Source of the DNA: a virus
Direction: 5' to 3' (one strand)
IMG/VR virus record: IMGVR_UViG_3300042731_005302
DNA length: 64,000 nucleotides
The position numbers were made by a program, and so were the translations under genes. The notes beneath the pieces were generated by a model that was not told the DNA's origin, searched no databases, and saw only the letters and a list, made by a program, of their open reading frames with translations. Of the stretch, positions 1 through 8,879 are shown piece by piece (the first letter of the stretch is position 1; the number at the start of each line of letters is the position of its first letter).

Positions 1-203
1 CGCCCCCGGCGGCTGTCTCCGAGGCTGCGGCTCCTCCTCCGCCCCCGGCGGCTGTCTCCGAGGCTGCGGCTCCTCCTCAGCCCCCGGCGGCTGTCTCCGA
101 GGCTGCGGCCCCTCCTCCGCCCCCGGCGGCTGTCTCCGAGGCTGCGGCCCCTCCTCCGCCCCCGGCGGCTGTCTCCGAGGCTGCGGCTCCTCCTCCGCCC
201 CCG
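1..203 (+). repeat. 39-bp tandem repeat, ~5.2 copies, in-frame (13-aa unit PPAAVSEAAAPPP)
   Basis: Unit cgcccccggcggctgtctccgaggctgcggctcctcctc starts at 1, 40, 79, 118 and 157 with only a few point differences. Frame 3 stays open into ORF 204..815. Confidence 0.9.
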
Positions 204-815
204 GTGGAACAGCCCGGAACTGACATGGCAGTGGCAGCCCCCAATCAGGGCGCAGTGACTACCACGTCAGGCGGCGGGTCCATGGAACAGCAGGCTGCAG
301 ATGACGGGTTCGACGGCCTGGATATGACCGGCTATGGAACGTTCCCTATCGTCAAGCTGGACCAGGGTGAGTTTGTCGGAGACGGGATCACCGGAGGCCT
401 TGGGACCGAGTTCTATTGCAAGATCCAGGGCAGTAGGGAGAAGATCCTGCTCAGCAACGGCCTAAAGAACAACCAGCCTGGTTATGATTTCCGTTACACC
501 TATGACCGGATCACCACCCACAAGGGTGAGAACGTCGATCAGGTGTTGGCCGAGTGGAGGGCGGCGGGGCTCACTCCAGCAGAGAAGAAGTATCTGGAAG
601 TGCCCGCCCAAATCGTATACGGCCAGCATGACGGCACTTTGGTGCTGTTGTCGGTTCCTCCCACCTCTGTGCGCCGATTCTCTGCCTATTACATGAAGCT
701 TCGTGTGGCCGGGAAGAATGTTCGGGAGTGCATTACGAAGTGCTCCAAGGGAGAGCGGGTTACCAACGTGGACCACCCGTTCTTTCCCTGGGCATTCGAC
801 GAGTACACCGGCTGA
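1..815 (+). CDS. 5'-truncated protein: Pro/Ala-rich tandem repeats followed by a ~190-aa C-terminal domain of unknown function
   Basis: Frame 3 is open from the window edge. The repeats translate in frame. A hairpin terminator follows at 839..863. Confidence 0.6.
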   Translation, partial: PPAAVSEAAAPPPPPAAVSEAAAPPQPPAAVSEAAAPPPPPAAVSEAAAPPPPPAAVSEAAAPPPPPVEQPGTDMAVAAPNQGAVTTTSGGGSMEQQAADDGFDGLDMTGYGTFPIVKLDQGEFVGDGITGGLGTEFYCKIQGSREKILLSNGLKNNQPGYDFRYTYDRITTHKGENVDQVLAEWRAAGLTPAEKKYLEVPAQIVYGQHDGTLVLLSVPPTSVRRFSAYYMKLRVAGKNVRECITKCSKGERVTNVDHPFFPWAFDEYTG

Positions 816-838
816 CCCGTCAAGGGCAAGACCAAGTA

Positions 839-863
839 GGGCCGCCTTTGCGGCCCTGCTTTT
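839..863 (+). terminator. rho-independent terminator
   Basis: gggccgc-cttt-gcggccc stem-loop followed by tgctttt. Confidence 0.6.
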
Positions 864-879
864 GAATGAAGGAGATAAC

Positions 880-1041
880 GTGAACAAACAAGTTTACTGC
901 AGCCGCAAAGGGGCCGCCACCATAGGCAAAAAGACTTTCCCTCTGCCTACCGTATCTGAGTTTCTATCGGATCAGATCGAGCGCCAAGCAAAGAAAATGG
1001 AAGCCCGACGGCAGCGCCGTATTGCCAAGGCATTGGCATGA
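880..1041 (+). CDS. hypothetical small basic protein
   Basis: GTG start 5 nt after GGAG (871..874). ATGA overlap with the next ORF. Confidence 0.4.
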   Translation: MNKQVYCSRKGAATIGKKTFPLPTVSEFLSDQIERQAKKMEARRQRRIAKALA

Positions 1042-1247
1042 CCGCCCCAACAACAGAGGGAGAGGAGGTTGATACGGCCCTACTTGTAATGGCTCTGATC
1101 GATATGGCCTGTGAGGCTGAAAAGGTGGGAAATCTAGCTGAGCAAGCTAAACGGACAGACTTGGTGAAGTGGGCCAAAGAGTCCGCAGCTCACTGTGACG
1201 AACAGGCAAAGTTGCTGCAGAGGGTGCTGGAGAACTCTGCGCTGTAA
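1038..1247 (+). CDS. hypothetical protein
   Basis: 69-aa ORF translationally coupled to its upstream neighbour. Helical, acidic composition. Confidence 0.5.
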   Translation: MTAPTTEGEEVDTALLVMALIDMACEAEKVGNLAEQAKRTDLVKWAKESAAHCDEQAKLLQRVLENSAL

Positions 1248-1273
1248 CGTACTGAAGTCAGTGGACGCACCCT

Positions 1274-1468
1274 ATGACGAACTGGGTAAGCAAAATCGAC
1301 CACCACCACGCATGGGAAACCATGATGTGGTTTGCTTTCGGAAAAAGACCGTTCCGTACATCGACGCTTCGAGGGGCCTGCAATACCGAAGCAGAATTCA
1401 GAGCGTATGGATTTCTCGAAAAACTGAATGAACACAACCGGCAGGATGGGCCGATACCGTCCTGCTAA
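1274..1468 (+). CDS. hypothetical protein
   Basis: 64-aa ORF in operon context. Confidence 0.4.
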   Translation: MTNWVSKIDHHHAWETMMWFAFGKRPFRTSTLRGACNTEAEFRAYGFLEKLNEHNRQDGPIPSC

Positions 1469-1503
1469 CGACTTACATAAGCCGTCACACCTTGGGGCAT
1501 ATA

Positions 1504-1728
1504 ATGAAACACAGAATTATTTTGATCGGATTCATGGTGTTGTTAGTTGCTGGGTGCCAAATGGAAACCGGTTTCCAGTCCACAGAGGCCAACCAAGCTA
1601 AGACGACCGAATACGAGTGGATTGTGACTAAAGAAGGAGTGGAATGTGTAGCGCTTGGGTTTCTAGGTTTGTCAGGGCGCGGATTGTCCTGCAACTGGGA
1701 AAAGTACAATTCTGAGCGTGGCAACTAA
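1504..1728 (+). CDS. putative lipoprotein
   Basis: MKHRIILIGFMVLLVAGC has a basic n-region, a hydrophobic core and an LVAGC lipobox. Start chosen at ATG 1504. Confidence 0.55.
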   Translation: MKHRIILIGFMVLLVAGCQMETGFQSTEANQAKTTEYEWIVTKEGVECVALGFLGLSGRGLSCNWEKYNSERGN

Positions 1729-1870
1729 CAGCAGATGAAACCCATAACTGGGGATAACAATGAAAGACCAAGCATCTGAAAAGCTAATGCGTGAGATGTT
1801 GGTGCAATACAAAAAAAGGGCTGCTGCAGAGCGTACTTGAGAATTCTGTACCCATGGTTGAGGAGTAAAA

Positions 1871-2068
1871 ATGAAACTGTTTAAGAATGGTGCAGAACTG
1901 CGGTTAACTCAGGGTGACTTAGAGGCTCTACTTGAAGAGGTGATGAATAGTAAGTTTTTCATCCTCAGTTCTGGCATGCAGAAGATAGTCAGTTTAAGTC
2001 TGCACCCAGGCAATAAGTACGTTGTCAGGGTGACGTTTGAAGCAAAAAATCCTACTGATAGGACCTAG
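1871..2068 (+). CDS. hypothetical protein
   Basis: GAGGAG SD 7 nt upstream of the ATG. 65 aa. Confidence 0.5.
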   Translation: MKLFKNGAELRLTQGDLEALLEEVMNSKFFILSSGMQKIVSLSLHPGNKYVVRVTFEAKNPTDRT

Positions 2069-2097
2069 AAACTAAAAACAACCGTAGGGGAAACATA

Positions 2098-2358
2098 ATG
2101 CGCTGCCCAAGCTGCGGGTATTCCAACACTTCTGTTAGAGACTCACGCCCGACTTCGCAAGGTTTGATTGTCCATCGCCGCAGAGACTGTAACAATTGTG
2201 GCCATAGGTTTTCCACCTATGAAATCTCAAAAGACGCCTACGAGTCGATGCTTCGTCTAGAGGGCTATGCAGATGAAATCATAGCGGCATCAGCCCCCCT
2301 GCAGAACGCCCTTCGCAAGGTCAAGCAAGCTTACACCATTTCATCCAAAGGCCACTGA
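2098..2358 (+). CDS. NrdR-like zinc-ribbon protein lacking the ATP-cone
   Basis: MRCPSCGYSNTSVRDSRPTSQGLIVHRRRDCNNCGHRFSTYE fits the NrdR N-terminal signature CPxC..T.V.DSR...G..V.RRR.C..C..RF.T.E. The protein is only 86 aa. Confidence 0.65.
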   Translation: MRCPSCGYSNTSVRDSRPTSQGLIVHRRRDCNNCGHRFSTYEISKDAYESMLRLEGYADEIIAASAPLQNALRKVKQAYTISSKGH

Positions 2359-2359
2359 A

Positions 2360-5300
2360 ATGCCCCAGAACAACGTACACAACGAATCCCTCATCCTGCT
2401 TGATGCCCGTGGCCTGGTGACCCGCCGTTACAGTGTGGCCAGTACCACAGACGGAATCAGAGGTACCGATGGGAAGGTCTATGCCCAGTGGTATCGCGGA
2501 GTGCTGGACTTTTTGACAAAGGACCTGCAGCCTCTGCTGGATATGGTGCCCCCTCGTCGGATCATTTGTTGTTGGGACGGAGGGAATAACTATCGGTCGT
2601 CTCTGTATCCGGGGTACAAGAAAACCCGCAAGGAACGTGATTCCAAGGTCGATCCAATCCTGAAAGAGCAGCACAAAGAGCTGTATGACTATGTCAAGAA
2701 TCTGACGGCCTACCTCGGCATCAAGCATGTTCATGTTCCTGGGCAAGAGGCTGACGACCTGATTGCGTTGTTCTGCAAGCAGATGCCTGAGCGCAGGCTC
2801 TTGGTGAAGACAGTGGATGCAGATCTCCTGCAGCTTGCAGGAGACTACTCTCACGTGACGGTAGAGTTGTGCAACAAGTCTGGAGAGTACGGAGCCTACA
2901 GCCTGGATGAAGATGGATCAGGCATGGACAAAACATCCTATAAGGACTGCCCTCTAGGGATGATTCGCCTGCAGAAATCCATCCTTGGCGATACCTCAGA
3001 CTCCTACAACGGAGTCCAGGGCATGGGGCCGGCTGCCTGGGCTAAGCTCGTTGATTCCTATGGATGGGACGGCATGGCCCAGCTTGATGAGGCGGTAAGG
3101 ACCAAGGACTTTGCTCCCATAGATGCCGCCCTGACGGCCACGAACGACACTCTTCTGGGTAAACTTTTGTCCCACAAGCAGGATTGGATACGAGCCTATA
3201 TCTTGGCATCTTTGAACCCTGACGTGTGCTATCAGGTGTGGGGAAAGAAGATTGTCCTTCCGAAGTGGTACGTCAGGCTGCCGATCAAAGATGAGTTTGC
3301 GAGCCGGCTGAAAGCTATAGGGGCCGAGGACCTGTTGCCACACTTCGAAAAATGGCTTGTCAAGGAACGGCTGCTGGATGCCAACCACCATGACATCTTG
3401 CGCGAGCTGCAGAGTGAAATCCTCAAGTCTCCGGTTGCCGCTTATGACTTCGAGTCTGAAGATACACTACAGCATGAGCCTTTCCAGGAAGCGTACAACG
3501 GCAAGGGCAGTTTTGTGGACGTACTGTCACAAAAGGTAACAGGCGTCTCGTTCTGTATTGGAGAGAACTTGAACCAGGGATTCTATGTGCCGACGTGGCA
3601 TAAGGACACGTTCAACCTGTCCAGGGAGTGGATAAAGTATGTGATCGAGACCTGCTCTGTCAACAAAGCTCCTGTAGCCCATAATGCTTCGTTTGAGCTG
3701 ACCGTGGCCAGGGCCGACATGGGCTTAGAGTCGCCGGCCCCGTTCGACACGACCATTACTGCGTCCTACGTGGATGAAAATGAATCTGCAGGTTTGAAGG
3801 GCCTGGCCCTCAGCACCTTCAACTACCATCAAACCAGTTACGCAGAAGTGACCCAAGGCCGGGGCATGTCTGAACTGACGGGAGAGGAAGTACTCAGTTA
3901 TGGCTGCGATGACTCTATCGTCTCAGCACATTTGTTTGACCTACACCGCCTCATCATGCAGTTGGAAGGGTCCTGGAGCTTCTACCTGGAGCAGGAAGTT
4001 CTGCCGGCAGCCGACGATGCCGACACCTTCATTGCCGGAACGCGGATAGACTTTCCCTACTTGGAGCAGTTGCAGAGAGAAGACGCAGCCGCGAAAGCCG
4101 ATGCTGAAAAGACCGTTCGCTCTCATCTCGAACAGCACTGCATGAACAAAGATGTAGCTGCGCAGACAGCGCATGCTACCACCCTGTACAACGAAGGGTG
4201 GGAAGTCATGAAGCTGAAGGCTGCAAACCGTAAGCATCCGCCCACAGCAGAAGAGCTGGAGGAGAAACGCAAGGAGTTCTGGGCCAAATGCTGGTATGAC
4301 GCCACGTATAGGCCGTACATTGAAGAGACTCAACCCATTGAATTCTCTCCTACTCCTAAGCAGTTGACAGCGGTGGTCAAGCTCCTAGGGGCAGAGGCTC
4401 CTATCGAGAAGAACAACGCTACCTATATAAGCGATTGGCTGTATCAGAACGAGGAGTCACTTCAAGAGTCAGACCTGTCAGCAGAGTTTTTGAAGACGCT
4501 GGGACCGGCCTCTACCAGGCTGTCTGTCACGAAGAAGCGCACAGGTGAAGACTATCAAAAGTTCTACGATGTGTGTATTCGTATCTTGACCGAGCTTGGA
4601 GAACACCGGCAAAAAGTCACTACCTCGGGCGATGAGTTGAACTTTGACAGCCCAGTGCAGATGACATCCCTGCTGTATGGCAAGCTGGGCCTGCCGGTGC
4701 GCCGCCGCAGCAAGATTACCAAAGGGTCCTTCAGAGACATCCATGGGCTTTCAGGGTCGCCTGCCACAGGCAACAAGGCCATTGCCTCTGCCTTGGTATT
4801 CGATGAGGCGGAAACGCCGGATTCATGGCGTTCTGACGTGCTGAATAGCTATAAGACCATCACCTCTTGTTTGCAGAACAACAAGCTGTACTACACCCCT
4901 TATCCTTTGTGGCAGCACCCGCGTGACGGGCTTATTCATCCACAGATCAAAAACTGCGGGACCGTGACACGGAGGCCTTCTGGAACGTCTCCGAACAAGC
5001 TGCAAGTGTCGAAAAAGAACGACGCTAAGATCCGTAAAGCCTTCCCACCGTACAACGACGAGCACTGTTATGTGTGCCATGACTTCAACGGCCAAGAGCT
5101 ACGGTTGACGGCCTCTGAGTCTAAAGACCCGGTGATGATCGACGCCTACATCGGGGAGAAGAGAAAAGACCTACACTCACTAACAAGCGCTAGCATTGCA
5201 CAATATATTCTGCCAAGAAGAGGCCTGCCGGAGTACGCTGGAAAAGTTCTACCATATGAGGAATTCATAGCTGGCAGAAAAGATCCCAAACTGAGCGATC

Positions 5301-5920
5301 ACTTCAACCACGTCAGGGATATTTACGCAAAGCCTACGAATTTTCTTATTATCTTTCTTGGAAAACCTAGGACATTGGCAGAAAATCTGTTGATACCTCT
5401 GGATCTGTCAGAGAACGTTATCAACGGAACATATGGTCTTTATGCTAGGCTCAGCCCCTGGCAGCAGGAAGTCATAGAGTTCGGCAGAACTCATGGGTAT
5501 GTTCAGACTGCTTATGGTATTCGCCGTCATCTGTCTGCCGACATTACATCCGAAGATGGTTGGCTCAGGTCTCGCATGGAAAGGCAGGCAGTAAATTACA
5601 TCATCCAAGGATGCGCAGCCGGCATCCTGAAAATCGTCAAAACAGAAATGGCCAAGAGGAAAATGGCCCAGCGCTACCACCTCAAGTCGCAGACTCCAAT
5701 CTACGATGAGATGGCCGTCTCCTGTCCGATAGCTGCAGCTCCTGAATACTCTGAGGAAATGGCAGAGATCATGGCTATAACTCCTCCAGGGCACCAAGTT
5801 CCAATGGAGGCTGAAGTAGCTATAGGTCTGAAGTCTTGGGGCCACAAGGAGGAGCTTGACAGCACTTCAGCCGAGGCTGTTTCAGAGTTCTTGAGGAAGG
5901 CCAAAGACAGTGAGGCCTAA
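2360..5920 (+). CDS. polA: family A DNA polymerase with fused 5'-3' exonuclease (FEN) and 3'-5' exonuclease domains
   Basis: FEN motifs LILLDARG, YPGYKKTRKE, GQEADDLIA and TVDADLLQL. ExoI AAYDFESED. PolA motif A DFNGQELRL, motif B RDIYAKPTNF, motif C PIYDEMAV. Confidence 0.9.
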   Translation: MPQNNVHNESLILLDARGLVTRRYSVASTTDGIRGTDGKVYAQWYRGVLDFLTKDLQPLLDMVPPRRIICCWDGGNNYRSSLYPGYKKTRKERDSKVDPILKEQHKELYDYVKNLTAYLGIKHVHVPGQEADDLIALFCKQMPERRLLVKTVDADLLQLAGDYSHVTVELCNKSGEYGAYSLDEDGSGMDKTSYKDCPLGMIRLQKSILGDTSDSYNGVQGMGPAAWAKLVDSYGWDGMAQLDEAVRTKDFAPIDAALTATNDTLLGKLLSHKQDWIRAYILASLNPDVCYQVWGKKIVLPKWYVRLPIKDEFASRLKAIGAEDLLPHFEKWLVKERLLDANHHDILRELQSEILKSPVAAYDFESEDTLQHEPFQEAYNGKGSFVDVLSQKVTGVSFCIGENLNQGFYVPTWHKDTFNLSREWIKYVIETCSVNKAPVAHNASFELTVARADMGLESPAPFDTTITASYVDENESAGLKGLALSTFNYHQTSYAEVTQGRGMSELTGEEVLSYGCDDSIVSAHLFDLHRLIMQLEGSWSFYLEQEVLPAADDADTFIAGTRIDFPYLEQLQREDAAAKADAEKTVRSHLEQHCMNKDVAAQTAHATTLYNEGWEVMKLKAANRKHPPTAEELEEKRKEFWAKCWYDATYRPYIEETQPIEFSPTPKQLTAVVKLLGAEAPIEKNNATYISDWLYQNEESLQESDLSAEFLKTLGPASTRLSVTKKRTGEDYQKFYDVCIRILTELGEHRQKVTTSGDELNFDSPVQMTSLLYGKLGLPVRRRSKITKGSFRDIHGLSGSPATGNKAIASALVFDEAETPDSWRSDVLNSYKTITSCLQNNKLYYTPYPLWQHPRDGLIHPQIKNCGTVTRRPSGTSPNKLQVSKKNDAKIRKAFPPYNDEHCYVCHDFNGQELRLTASESKDPVMIDAYIGEKRKDLHSLTSASIAQYILPRRGLPEYAGKVLPYEEFIAGRKDPKLSDHFNHVRDIYAKPTNFLIIFLGKPRTLAENLLIPLDLSENVINGTYGLYARLSPWQQEVIEFGRTHGYVQTAYGIRRHLSADITSEDGWLRSRMERQAVNYIIQGCAAGILKIVKTEMAKRKMAQRYHLKSQTPIYDEMAVSCPIAAAPEYSEEMAEIMAITPPGHQVPMEAEVAIGLKSWGHKEELDSTSAEAVSEFLRKAKDSEA

Positions 5921-6284
5921 GTCAGAACACGATCTCCTGCGGGCCAGACTCTACGCCAAAGCAGGCCTAGCCGGCCCCGGCAGGCGGCTGACAGACACTC
6001 TGGCTAGCCTGCGAGAGACCGAATGGTCCCCTGAGTTCGAGCAGCATATGCGGCTCAGGCTTATCATGGGGGCCTTCAGGTACGGCAAGTTGCATGGGCA
6101 GGGCAAGCCGGCCTATGACAGAGTCGGCTCAGCCAAGGCCCGCCTGGATCTCTATCTGCGCACCCACAACCAAGAACATTTGGTAGATGCTGCAAATCTG
6201 TTGTTGCTTGAGTTCGAGGAACCAAGTTATCCTGACGCCTACTTTGAATCAGCAGATGACGGCATTCACACAGACATAGCTTGA
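5910..6284 (+). CDS. hypothetical protein, possibly an all-alpha dNTP diphosphohydrolase-related protein
   Basis: GTG start overlaps the polA stop by 11 nt. MGAFRYGK...EHLVDAANLLLLEF loosely resembles phage dATP/dGTP diphosphohydrolase-type proteins. This call is tentative. Confidence 0.4.
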   Translation: MRPKSEHDLLRARLYAKAGLAGPGRRLTDTLASLRETEWSPEFEQHMRLRLIMGAFRYGKLHGQGKPAYDRVGSAKARLDLYLRTHNQEHLVDAANLLLLEFEEPSYPDAYFESADDGIHTDIA

Positions 6285-6293
6285 GGAATAGGA

Positions 6294-6668
6294 ATGAAAG
6301 AAGGCCAAGTAAGCATCCGCGTTATGGCAAACCTGGTTCACGAGCTGGCCAGAGAAAAAGGCTGGTACGCTCACAACCCTGATGATGATCTATTCATCAA
6401 CACCGCATGTAATAACCTGCATGACGAAGTCAGTGAGCTACACGAAGCTTGGCGTAATAACGCCCTGCTGAAGCCTTGCGACAAGGCAGACGCTATGGCT
6501 GCTGCCGGAATCGTCCCTTTGAACTGCCTGGAAGAGGAGTTGGCGGACATCGTCATTCGAGTATTTGATGATGCTACCTACCTGGGGGTGGATATCGAAT
6601 CCGCCATTATCAGGAAACACGCTTTCAACAAGACCAGACCGCATCGTCACGGCGGAAAGAAGGGGTAA
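6294..6668 (+). CDS. MazG-like nucleoside triphosphate pyrophosphohydrolase
   Basis: Paired acidic helices EVSELHEA and EEELADIVIRVFD, then KHAFNKTRPHRHGGK. This pattern is typical of all-alpha NTP-PPases. Confidence 0.65.
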   Translation: MKEGQVSIRVMANLVHELAREKGWYAHNPDDDLFINTACNNLHDEVSELHEAWRNNALLKPCDKADAMAAAGIVPLNCLEEELADIVIRVFDDATYLGVDIESAIIRKHAFNKTRPHRHGGKKG

Positions 6669-6672
6669 CTCA

Positions 6673-6939
6673 ATGTCTGACAAACTTCAGGCCATAGTCA
6701 ATAAGGCCATATTCAAGAAGTTCGGGGTGCTCCCTGACCATATTTATGGGCCTGGAGACATAGGTGTTGGCACTAAATTTTCAGATCTGCGGGATGACTC
6801 TATCGATATGTTGGAATTAATCATGGAACTTGAGGAACTTATCCCTTCAGTCATGATAGATGATGATGCCATAGACGACTTTCAAACCGTGGGTGACATC
6901 TATCGATATTACGAGAGCAAGGGAGTATCCCTAAAATGA
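6673..6939 (+). CDS. acyl carrier protein-like protein
   Basis: FSDLRDDSIDMLELIMELEELI...FQTVGDIYRYY aligns with E. coli AcpP [23 protein letters not shown]...TTVQAAIDYI, including the DS(L/I)D phosphopantetheine-site Ser. 88 aa and acidic. Confidence 0.7.
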   Translation: MSDKLQAIVNKAIFKKFGVLPDHIYGPGDIGVGTKFSDLRDDSIDMLELIMELEELIPSVMIDDDAIDDFQTVGDIYRYYESKGVSLK

Positions 6940-7670
6940 GTGGACCCTATGGAGAGATCTTCTTCTACGACTTTGAGACCACTGGAAAAGACGCTAAAAA
7001 GGATCGTCCAGTACAGATAGGGCTTCTGCGTGGTTTGGAAAAGCGCAAAGTCCTTTTGAACTTGATTGTGGACCCAAAAATGGCCATTCATCCTGAAGCT
7101 ACAAAGGTCCATGGAATTTATCAAGAAGATGTCATTGGAGCACCCTCCTATGAAACAGGCCTGTACAGATTACATAATTTTCTGTACGACGCGATACTTT
7201 CCTGCGAAGGCCCTGAGTACGTCCTGCCCATAGTCTCAGGGTTCAACATTACCCAGTACGACACCCCAATGGCAGACGCCTGCTTCCCTGAAAAGAAGTT
7301 GAGCCTGTTTCCCCAACTGGACGTATTGGATGTGCTGTACAGGTACGCTCCCTTCCTGCCCAAGAGAACCCTGTCGGCTGCCTACAAACACTTTACAGGG
7401 GAAGAACTGACCGGAGCACATGGGGCGATTGAGGACTGCGAAGGCACGGCCATTGTGCTTGAACATATGTGCGGCCTACAGGCAAAGAGCCCTGACTCAT
7501 TCGTGGATGAGTTGAAAGTACCCTGTGTCTACGATATTATGCCCATAGGTAAACACTCAGGAAAACACATCGAGGATGTTCCGAAAGGCTGGGCCTATTG
7601 GATGAAGAAAAACGCCAAAGACATGCGCCCGGATTTGAAGGCCACTATTAACTGCATAATGTCGTTATGA
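6936..7670 (+). CDS. DnaQ-like DEDDh 3'-5' exonuclease with DUF3820-like C-terminus
   Basis: ExoI FYDFETTG, ExoII GFNITQYD, ExoIII HGAIEDCEG. C-terminal PIGKHSGKHIEDVPKGWAYWM. Confidence 0.8.
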   Translation: MSGPYGEIFFYDFETTGKDAKKDRPVQIGLLRGLEKRKVLLNLIVDPKMAIHPEATKVHGIYQEDVIGAPSYETGLYRLHNFLYDAILSCEGPEYVLPIVSGFNITQYDTPMADACFPEKKLSLFPQLDVLDVLYRYAPFLPKRTLSAAYKHFTGEELTGAHGAIEDCEGTAIVLEHMCGLQAKSPDSFVDELKVPCVYDIMPIGKHSGKHIEDVPKGWAYWMKKNAKDMRPDLKATINCIMSL

Positions 7671-7885
7671 CTTCCAAAGTAGATCAACTATCGGTAGGGG
7701 TGGCAGCGGCCTTTCTTCGGGTATCTGTCAGGACCTTACAGAGGTGGGACAAGGACGGTGCCCTGATAGCCAAAAGAACAGACAAGAATCGGCGCTACTA
7801 CACTAGAGAGCAATTGACTGAATTCGTGGAAAACCACGAAAAGGAATGGAAGCCAGACCGCACTTCTTACTACTCAAAGTCTTAG
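7667..7885 (+). CDS. MerR/excisionase-type helix-turn-helix DNA-binding protein
   Basis: LSVGVAAAFLRVSVRTLQRWDKDGAL is an HTH signature. 72 aa. Confidence 0.6.
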   Translation: MTSKVDQLSVGVAAAFLRVSVRTLQRWDKDGALIAKRTDKNRRYYTREQLTEFVENHEKEWKPDRTSYYSKS

Positions 7886-7894
7886 GAGACAGCA

Positions 7895-8086
7895 ATGGCA
7901 GAAAGCTGGGCCGGAGAATATCTTCAAATGGTGGAAGACTGCGAGAAACGCGAGTCTCGCATCAACGAATGGGAGCAAGGATTCATAGATTCTGTGCGGA
8001 GAAGTCTAGAGAACGAGTTCCCTCTGTCAAAGAAGCAGGTAGAGGCTCTGGAAAACATCTGGGAAAAGGCCACGGCTAAGGGATAG
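7895..8086 (+). CDS. hypothetical protein
   Basis: TAGGAGA SD upstream. 63 aa. Confidence 0.5.
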   Translation: MAESWAGEYLQMVEDCEKRESRINEWEQGFIDSVRRSLENEFPLSKKQVEALENIWEKATAKG

Positions 8087-8091
8087 TCATA

Positions 8092-8367
8092 ATGCCTGTA
8101 GATCAACTAATGTGGACCCAGCATGCCGCACAACGGGCGAAAGAAAGGTTTCCGACGGTTGATCTAGAAGCTGAGTTCTTTGATAGACGAACCCGCAGGC
8201 CAGGGAGAAACACTAGAAAGAAGATCTTTGCTAAATGTCTAAATAGCTCAAAAAAGTACGGTAACAGGATGTTTAATGGGAGATACGTGCTGCTATCCCC
8301 TGCTGGAGTAGTTTTTATAGTGGCCCAAAAGAACACAATAATCACAGTATTTCAATATGACAGTTAA
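8092..8367 (+). CDS. hypothetical protein
   Basis: 91-aa basic ORF in operon context. Confidence 0.5.
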   Translation: MPVDQLMWTQHAAQRAKERFPTVDLEAEFFDRRTRRPGRNTRKKIFAKCLNSSKKYGNRMFNGRYVLLSPAGVVFIVAQKNTIITVFQYDS

Positions 8368-8377
8368 GGCTACAATC

Positions 8378-8854
8378 ATGATTCCTTGGCGCAAATTCGA
8401 GCAGGACATCCAAAACTACCTCCAGAAGCGTGAGGCAGAAGAGCCTATGACCTACCATAGGTTCTACGACACGGCTTCTGCAGGGGACTTCCTGCCGGCC
8501 CAGCCGGGGGATTTCCTAATCCTATCAAGAGGGCATGCGATCCTGCTGGAGGCTAAACACTCTACTGTACATGCCTCACTGAAGTCGTGCTTTGCCTCTC
8601 ACGTCAAAGACAACCAGATCGGGTTTCACAGGATCTGGCAGAGGGCCGGCGCTACTACCTTTTTCATCTTCAAATCAGAGATCTCTGGGCATAACCCGGT
8701 TATAGAACTATGGGATGGTAAAGCTTTGGTTACAGCCAGGCACCAGGGCCGCAGGCTCGGCATGTCCTGGAGAGTGAAGATGGGAGACAATCTTGAAGAC
8801 GTGCTGACCGACATCTACCTGAATTTGCCGTCTGAGAGGACTCTGTTGCTGTAG
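8378..8854 (+). CDS. PD-(D/E)XK nuclease, Holliday-junction-resolvase-like
   Basis: PGDFLILSRGHAILLEAKHS carries D...E-x-K catalytic spacing as in RecU/Hjc-type resolvases. ATG 8378 is preferred over 8357 because an AAGG SD precedes it. Confidence 0.5.
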   Translation: MIPWRKFEQDIQNYLQKREAEEPMTYHRFYDTASAGDFLPAQPGDFLILSRGHAILLEAKHSTVHASLKSCFASHVKDNQIGFHRIWQRAGATTFFIFKSEISGHNPVIELWDGKALVTARHQGRRLGMSWRVKMGDNLEDVLTDIYLNLPSERTLLL

Positions 8855-8879
8855 TTAAACAACTTGTAGGGGAATAACT

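Noticed and set aside
7667-7885. The MerR/excisionase-like HTH as evidence of a temperate lifestyle.
   Set aside because: No integrase, att-like repeat or CI/Cro pair was found. Small MerR-type HTH proteins are common in virulent phages.
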